Assembly (NCBI GenBank): GCA_048882325.1
Contig: JBHLRS010000003.1
Location: 64,001-128,000, forward strand
Direction of reading: 5' to 3'
DNA length: 64,000 nt
Source: Candidatus Thorarchaeota archaeon
GTDB taxonomy: Archaea > Asgardarchaeota > Thorarchaeia > Thorarchaeales > Thorarchaeaceae
The notes beneath the pieces were generated by a model, which saw nothing but the letters and a program-made list of their open reading frames with translations, was not told the origin of the DNA and made no database searches. Each line of letters begins with the position of its first letter. Position 1 is the first letter of the stretch. Below are positions 58,321 to 64,000 of the stretch, piece by piece. Position numbers and translations under genes: made by a program.

Positions 58321-59304
58321 ATGACCACTGATACCGATCCAAAGAAACAGAATGAGTCAAGAAAGGGACGAACAAAACGATATATTCCCAATCTGGCAGA
58401 GTTCTATTTCAAACCATCATTTGACTGGACTAGAAAGGATGCTGAACGCCTTTATAATCGAACTAAATCGCCCTCATCAAATCTGAAGTTGGATAGTATC
58501 AGATTCGAAGACTGCGTCACGGGGATGAAGAATCTCCCTGATGAATCAGTGGACCTGATTGTTGCTGATCCACCTTTTGGCATTGAATTTGATGGTAAGA
58601 GTAGCGTATACAATCGCGATGAGCGTTTGGTGGTTGAAGGATACGAGGAAACAAGTGAGTCCTATCATGCTTTCACGATTCGCTGGTTGGCTGAACTACC
58701 AAGAATAATGAAATCCGAGTCATCAGCATATGTCTTCAGTGGTTGGACAAACCTTGATGCCATTCTTCAAGGAGCTCGAGAAGCTGGCTTAGTGACGCTA
58801 AACCACTTGATATGGCATTATCCATTTGGCGTCTATACAAAGAAACGATTCGTCACAAGTCATTATCACATCGTACTCCTTGTCAAAAATCCTAGAACGT
58901 ATTTCTTCAACAAGATAGAGAACTATCCTGAGGATGTCTGGTCGGTCAAACGTCAGTATCGTACAGGTCAGGCAAAGAATGCGACGAAGCTTCCCCTTGA
59001 AGTGGTCGCAAGATGTATCGACTTCTCTTCAAAACCTGGTGATATTGTGCTTGATCCCTTCATGGGGAATGGGACAACTGCTGTGGCTGCAAAACTGAAC
59101 TATCGACACTTCATTGGTTTTGAGATAAACGAAAAGCTTCAATCACTGTTAGAGGATGAGATTGCTGCTGCAAAACCAGGCTCATCTTATGTTCCATACA
59201 GTGACCGATTGCCAACGATAGAGGAGCTTGCAGAGTTATATCCAAAAGCCTATCGTGAATACATCCGGAGGGAGAAGGAACCCTCGTCCAAGAAAAGAGA
59301 CTGA
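58321..59304 (+). CDS. DNA methyltransferase, N4/N6 beta class
   Basis: Motif IV DPPF precedes motif I VLDPFMGNGTT. Confidence 0.92.
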   Translation: MTTDTDPKKQNESRKGRTKRYIPNLAEFYFKPSFDWTRKDAERLYNRTKSPSSNLKLDSIRFEDCVTGMKNLPDESVDLIVADPPFGIEFDGKSSVYNRDERLVVEGYEETSESYHAFTIRWLAELPRIMKSESSAYVFSGWTNLDAILQGAREAGLVTLNHLIWHYPFGVYTKKRFVTSHYHIVLLVKNPRTYFFNKIENYPEDVWSVKRQYRTGQAKNATKLPLEVVARCIDFSSKPGDIVLDPFMGNGTTAVAAKLNYRHFIGFEINEKLQSLLEDEIAAAKPGSSYVPYSDRLPTIEELAELYPKAYREYIRREKEPSSKKRD

Positions 59305-60749
59305 TGCTCATGGATGCAGAGGAGCTATATCAACGACATGGGTCTGAACGTGACCAATTAGCTGATGCAACAAGTGTCAGTGACCTCTATACCAGACAAT
59401 ATGGTTCTGAGCTAGCACGATGGGAATCTCATCTAATGAAACAATTCCAGGAAAGAGAAACAAACCGCTTATTCAGGTATCGTGGGTTTGTTCATCATAC
59501 GCGTGATTCTTCTCTAATCCTTTTGACTCCAAGCCCGTGGTTAATGGAGGGAGAGTTCATCTTCATTGACAGAGACCACGAGTTACCCCCAGATGGGGCG
59601 TACATAGATGTCATAGGTTCTCGAATTGCCGCTCCTCGAGTACTTCAAGAATCAAGAACAACAATTCGCGCTATTGCTTCTGAAAAATGGGATGCACACC
59701 CCATTGATTTTCTAAAAGAATTGCAACCCCCCATGAGTCTCAAAGAGCTATCAAACATTCTCTTTGAATATGTAGGAATGGCTGAAGCGAGCAAAAGAGT
59801 TTTCGCACGACTTTTTGTTTCTAGTCCACCGTATCTAGATAGTATTGGGGGATTGACAACAGGAATTCAAGCAATAGCAAGGAAAGCTCAGGTTCGTCGG
59901 CTACTTTCATTCATAAGAAACGTCATTCCTCCTGCAATGAAGGGTAGACCACCTACCCTGAGGAATGTTCAAGGAATCAAGGTCCGAGTCCCCCGTATAT
60001 GGAGATTTGACATTGGATCGTATTCAATCAATAGGATGCAACAACTCTGTGTGCAACGTCAAGACCAAGCAGGATTTAGAGAGGTTTCTCTTGGTACACT
60101 GACTAGTTCGGAAACTGCCTTCCTTCCTGATGTTCCTCTTGCGCTTGCGTCTGAAGACTTCTGGGTTGAACCGGGAAACCCCAAGCAACTCCGACTACCA
60201 ATACTGAAGTCTGCAATAACCTATCAGATGCTCACACCTGAGATTGGGAAAAGGAGTATCGATTCTGGCACTGAACATATATTATCTAGATTAGAAAACC
60301 TGCGAGAAAGTTTTGGGTTAGACGAGAAATCTCTTGCACGGGGGAATATACTTGATGCTGACGCTCTTGGAAGACCACTCAGCACCCTTCGTTTAGCTCG
60401 CTCAACAGCTCGAGCGTATTGGAAAGACAAGGTGACTGCAAAGGACTTGAAGTATGAATGGAACCACGTTCTTGAACCAGCACTCAAGGAATTCATGGAA
60501 CTTGCTGAGTTGGACCATGATGCTGAGAAGGCATGGGGACCGGATAGTAGAATTGACAAGTTCAACACTAAGGTATTGAGAGCGGTCAAGAAACTAGATA
60601 CTGGAAAACAAGGGTCTCTTGGACCTACTTTGAGTGATATTGCAGAAGAAGCAGGTGTTGAGCGTCATGTAGCTGCAGAGACCCTTGCACGGATGAAGGA
60701 CAGTGGAATCCTCTACGAACCACGCCCGGGTCACTACAGGTTAGTATAA
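59304..60749 (+). CDS. Degenerate MCM-like protein with C-terminal winged helix
   Basis: Lid-like RPLSTLRLARSTARAYWKDKVTAKDL. C-terminal L..M..SGILYEPRPGHYRLV. No Walker A/B seen. Confidence 0.55.
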   Translation: MLMDAEELYQRHGSERDQLADATSVSDLYTRQYGSELARWESHLMKQFQERETNRLFRYRGFVHHTRDSSLILLTPSPWLMEGEFIFIDRDHELPPDGAYIDVIGSRIAAPRVLQESRTTIRAIASEKWDAHPIDFLKELQPPMSLKELSNILFEYVGMAEASKRVFARLFVSSPPYLDSIGGLTTGIQAIARKAQVRRLLSFIRNVIPPAMKGRPPTLRNVQGIKVRVPRIWRFDIGSYSINRMQQLCVQRQDQAGFREVSLGTLTSSETAFLPDVPLALASEDFWVEPGNPKQLRLPILKSAITYQMLTPEIGKRSIDSGTEHILSRLENLRESFGLDEKSLARGNILDADALGRPLSTLRLARSTARAYWKDKVTAKDLKYEWNHVLEPALKEFMELAELDHDAEKAWGPDSRIDKFNTKVLRAVKKLDTGKQGSLGPTLSDIAEEAGVERHVAAETLARMKDSGILYEPRPGHYRLV

Positions 60750-60754
60750 TTGAT

Positions 60755-61351
60755 TTATGAGAATGATTTGAAGAACTCCTGGGGTTCTTGTCCCTCTTCT
60801 ATTATCTCAATCTCTTGTACCCCAACTCGTTCAGCATCATATCTTCTTGCGAGAATAGTGCCGTCAAATTTCTCACGGGCTGTGGCGTCTTTACCCCGCC
60901 AGACCCAAATATCATCGAAGGTGTCCAAAAGAAATACATCATCGCTCTTTAGAGAGTCTCTGCTGAGGTCAACTTCTGCAAAGAAGGTTTCGTCACCCTC
61001 ACGATGAACTCGCCAGAGTTTGTGTTCGTGTGTTTCCATCTGGACTTTCTTCAAGATTCCCTCAGTATCTTCATCTGTGAGACGGAAGTCATCGAATAGT
61101 GCCTTGAAGTCTTCCGGTTCATTTCCTCCCTCAATCCTGTCGATGTCTGCTTTTCCCTCACGGTCAGTATCTCTCATTACTGCTGACGCAGCCGTAAGGA
61201 ATTTTTCATCCACAGTTGAGCTAGGTCCAATCCACAGATAGATCTTCATCCCAGCATCGACAAGATAGCAATCACCTCGTCCGAATGCACCGGGATCTTT
61301 CATCTTCACAAGTCGTCCTTTCTGTATATGGTATACAATTGATTGCGGCAT
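60755..61351 (-). CDS. Two-domain gelsolin-like actin regulator
   Basis: F.RGDCYLVD...IYLWIG..S..DEK and L.SDDVFLLD....IWVW.G..AT.REK. EG.EP..F in both domains. Confidence 0.92.
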   Translation of the reverse strand: MPQSIVYHIQKGRLVKMKDPGAFGRGDCYLVDAGMKIYLWIGPSSTVDEKFLTAASAVMRDTDREGKADIDRIEGGNEPEDFKALFDDFRLTDEDTEGILKKVQMETHEHKLWRVHREGDETFFAEVDLSRDSLKSDDVFLLDTFDDIWVWRGKDATAREKFDGTILARRYDAERVGVQEIEIIEEGQEPQEFFKSFS

Positions 61352-61441
61352 GTTTTCGCCTCTCCTATCAGCCATAATTTAGCATTCATGTATAAATTAA
61401 AGTCCGATATAGTGAAGGAATGGTTTCGAGTCCCAAATTAT

Positions 61442-62092
61442 TCAGATAACCAAGCTCAGAGTTACATTGTACCAGTATGACCATGGTTGGCTGGGACGAT
61501 AAAAGTAGAACCAAACAATCATCGGGATTCCAGTGGTCACATCAATGATTGCCTGCCACTTATGAACATCGTACGAGTCATTCGAGCTATATCCAAAGAA
61601 GAAGGAAGTTCTCAGATGCACGGAGAGATATGTTTCATGCTCAATGTGGGACAATCTAATCTGGTTTGGAAACAGATTGTCCAAGTGGGACCATCCTCCT
61701 ATTGGAAGCAGACACCTCGAAATATGAGAGTTGATGCCATATCTGAACTCTAAAGGAATAGTTGTTCCATTCGCAAATTGAGAGGACGTCTTCTCATAAT
61801 CTACAATATTGTCAATGAACGAATCCGAGTAGAATACAATGGAAACATTGGGAAGTGACATCACCTCAACATGGATTCGTGTATTGTTCATCTCCACAAA
61901 TGGTGGAGGAAGATCGGTAGTCCCGGTGGTTGTTATCCCCGTCACGCTAACGTCATACATGAATTGGTCCCCCTCTTCAATAGACCAAGAGAATGTCATC
62001 GACTCCCGAATGTATTCTGTAAGAAATCCAACTGAAACTGTAATCATGAAAGTGAGAAGGACTGCTGCAACGATTCTTTGCCGATGATCCAT
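61442..62092 (-). CDS. Hypothetical membrane-anchored/secreted protein
   Basis: N-terminal TM followed by a beta-rich domain. Confidence 0.65.
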   Translation of the reverse strand: MDHRQRIVAAVLLTFMITVSVGFLTEYIRESMTFSWSIEEGDQFMYDVSVTGITTTGTTDLPPPFVEMNNTRIHVEVMSLPNVSIVFYSDSFIDNIVDYEKTSSQFANGTTIPLEFRYGINSHISRCLLPIGGWSHLDNLFPNQIRLSHIEHETYLSVHLRTSFFFGYSSNDSYDVHKWQAIIDVTTGIPMIVWFYFYRPSQPWSYWYNVTLSLVI

Positions 62093-62210
62093 TTTCCGAC
62101 ACCACTTGCAACTATACTTTTGTAACAAGTCGTGCCTTTTGGTCGTTACGATTACAGAATGGAAAACTATCTATCCTCAAAGAGGTATGAACATCAGGTT
62201 TGGTGAGTAG

Positions 62211-63014
62211 ATGCCAGAATTACCAGAACTGCAGATAATTGCTGAAAGACTGACAAGTCTTCTATCAGGTATGACAATAAAGAAGGCAACTGTTCACAAC
62301 CATATTGTTGTTCATGGTCGACCCGTCGATGAATTTGTTTCAAAATCTATTGGAGAAACCTTCGAGTCCGTGAATGCAGATGGTAAGTTCCTGATCTTCT
62401 CACTAACAGATTTTGATATTGTACTAAATCTCATGTTGACCGGTCGGTTGCGAGTGATACCCCGTTACAAAAAACCCTCAAGCTATGATATGGTGTCTTT
62501 TCAGATCAAGGACATGACACTATGGTATTCGGATGCAAAGAAAATGGGTCGGATTTACCTCGTTGAGAAGGGTGACTATTCATCTGTAGCTGATTTTGAG
62601 AAACGAGGTCCCTCTGCACTGGACCCTGCTCTTACACTTGATATTTTCAAACAACGGTTGAAGCGTCATAACGGTCAGATCAAGAACGTGCTTCGGAATC
62701 AACGCTTTGTAAAGGGAATTGGAAACGCCTATGTTGATGAGATTCTGTTGTACGCTGGAATACTCCCATTTCGCAGACGATCTACTCTTTCTGATAGAGA
62801 AACTAAGAATCTCTATCTTGCGATGCAAAAGGTTCTCAAACGAATTCTGGATATCATGTCTGAACGGTCACTTGATGAGATATCTATTGAAAAGAGGGAC
62901 TTCTTGATGGTTCATAATAGGGGTGGAGAGATATGTCCTCTCTGTGGAGGTAGAGTTTCTGAGATTACTGCAAAACGGTTTAAGACCAACTATTGCCAGA
63001 CATGCCAGAAGTAA
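62211..63014 (+). CDS. Fpg/Nei family DNA glycosylase
   Basis: MPELPE, L.L.G, GIGNAYVDEIL, CPLCG...YCQTCQ. Confidence 0.93.
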   Translation: MPELPELQIIAERLTSLLSGMTIKKATVHNHIVVHGRPVDEFVSKSIGETFESVNADGKFLIFSLTDFDIVLNLMLTGRLRVIPRYKKPSSYDMVSFQIKDMTLWYSDAKKMGRIYLVEKGDYSSVADFEKRGPSALDPALTLDIFKQRLKRHNGQIKNVLRNQRFVKGIGNAYVDEILLYAGILPFRRRSTLSDRETKNLYLAMQKVLKRILDIMSERSLDEISIEKRDFLMVHNRGGEICPLCGGRVSEITAKRFKTNYCQTCQK

Positions 63015-63064
63015 TATGAGTGACCAAAGCTCTACGTTCCTGCACCCTTTGAGAGTGAACTGAC

Positions 63065-64000
63065 ATGGACAAATGGGAAGAACAGTTCCTTCGTGAGATT
63101 GTTGAGCTGGACACCAACAGCGACGAGAAGAAGAACTATGCAGTCTGTGCCGAAATCATCAAGAAGTATTGTCAAGAGGCCGGACTTGAGGTTGAGGTCT
63201 TTGACTCGATGAATGATGGAATACCTCAACCAAATGTCGTTGCAACAATGGATGTTGGAGCAAAAACGACAGTCTTACTTTGTACACATTATGATGTGGT
63301 ACCTGCAGGGGAAACCGATGAATGGAAGAAACCTCCTTTCGAGTTGACTATTGAGAAGGGGAAAGCATACGGTCGTGGCGTGAGTGACAACAAGGGTAAT
63401 ATTGTTGCCACTGTCAGCTCCGCAAAGGAACTCATCAAGAAGAACTCGTCGAAGGTCAACTGGAAGATACTCATCAGTCCAAATGAAGAAATAGGTGGAG
63501 TATGGGGTATCGACTATCTCATGAATGGACCTCCCAAAATACGGGGTGACTTCGGTATTGTTGTAGACTCCGGTCCTGAGTATGTCAGCACTGGTGCGAG
63601 TGGTGTCATCTCTGGTACAATAACCGTGCGAGGAGTTCAGGGTCATGCTGGTTATCCCTTCAAGTTTGCCAATGCCATACATCTCTCGATTCCGCTGATG
63701 CAGGTCATGCTTGACTATGTTGATATCCGACGAAAAGTGACATCTAAACTTCCAGCCCCACCAAGCAGTCCTCATCAGACACTCTGGGGTAGATTCTCAA
63801 TGACGGTCTACAATGCAGGGAGTAAAACAAATACTATCCCTGGAAAGGCTGAAATCTCCTTCGATTGTAGGACTATTCCTGAAGAGAAAATTGATGAAGT
63901 CGTCAAAGACATCGAGGATTTCTTTGAAAAAGCGAAGGACGAAACCTTTGTAGACGCTTCCCTCGAGTTCAAGACAAAACACGCTGGATGGGGCTCTGAC
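63065..64000 (+). CDS. M20 metallopeptidase (ArgE/DapE family), runs off window end
   Basis: Read by hand from ATG 63065: MDKWEEQFL..., THYDVVP, YGRGVSDNKG, NEEIGG, GHAG, N.IP. Confidence 0.9.
   Translation, partial: MDKWEEQFLREIVELDTNSDEKKNYAVCAEIIKKYCQEAGLEVEVFDSMNDGIPQPNVVATMDVGAKTTVLLCTHYDVVPAGETDEWKKPPFELTIEKGKAYGRGVSDNKGNIVATVSSAKELIKKNSSKVNWKILISPNEEIGGVWGIDYLMNGPPKIRGDFGIVVDSGPEYVSTGASGVISGTITVRGVQGHAGYPFKFANAIHLSIPLMQVMLDYVDIRRKVTSKLPAPPSSPHQTLWGRFSMTVYNAGSKTNTIPGKAEISFDCRTIPEEKIDEVVKDIEDFFEKAKDETFVDASLEFKTKHAGWGSD

Noticed and set aside
61400-61440. GGTTTCGAGTCCCA resembling a tRNA T-loop
   Set aside because: No T-stem pairing or cloverleaf.
63032-63982. Minus-strand ORFs at the window end
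   Set aside because: They are antisense to a clear M20 peptidase on the + strand that the ORF track missed because it lacks a stop in the window.
1-64000. Genome-wide TAG recoding (pyrrolysine)
   Set aside because: Conserved genes such as actin, psmA, rrp42 and aor end at TAG at their expected C-termini.

Overview
This is a gene-dense archaeal chromosomal segment, almost certainly from an Asgard archaeon and most consistent with Thorarchaeia (lineage inferred from gene content). It encodes a bona fide Asgard actin, a two-domain gelsolin, a Rab/Ras-like small GTPase preceded by a longin plus winged-helix protein resembling NPRL2, and WD40 and FG-GAP propellers. Housekeeping content includes the archaeal proteasome/exosome superoperon (psmA, SBDS, rrp4/41/42, rpl37ae, Brix, pcc1, pfdB), t6A genes (cgi121, sua5), hutU/H/I, a sugar kinase-aldolase-AOR operon, and metal ABC and ECF transporters. 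No tRNA, rRNA, CRISPR array or transposase was seen. The most notable observations are six. (1) A 53-bp degenerate duplication of the actin 3' end flanks a 2.4-kb ABC cassette, suggesting an islet integrated at actin. (2) A ~165-nt strongly structured non-coding element lies just upstream of psmA. (3) An NPRL2-like gene is paired with an atypical GTPase. (4) A Walker-less MCM/MCM-BP-like gene is translationally coupled to a DNA methyltransferase. (5) A wHTH-CARF-like / Mini-III-like / GNAT-SSB cluster is divergent from actin. (6) Several genes appear to start at ATT or CTG. All family calls are by eye from motifs, without database searches.
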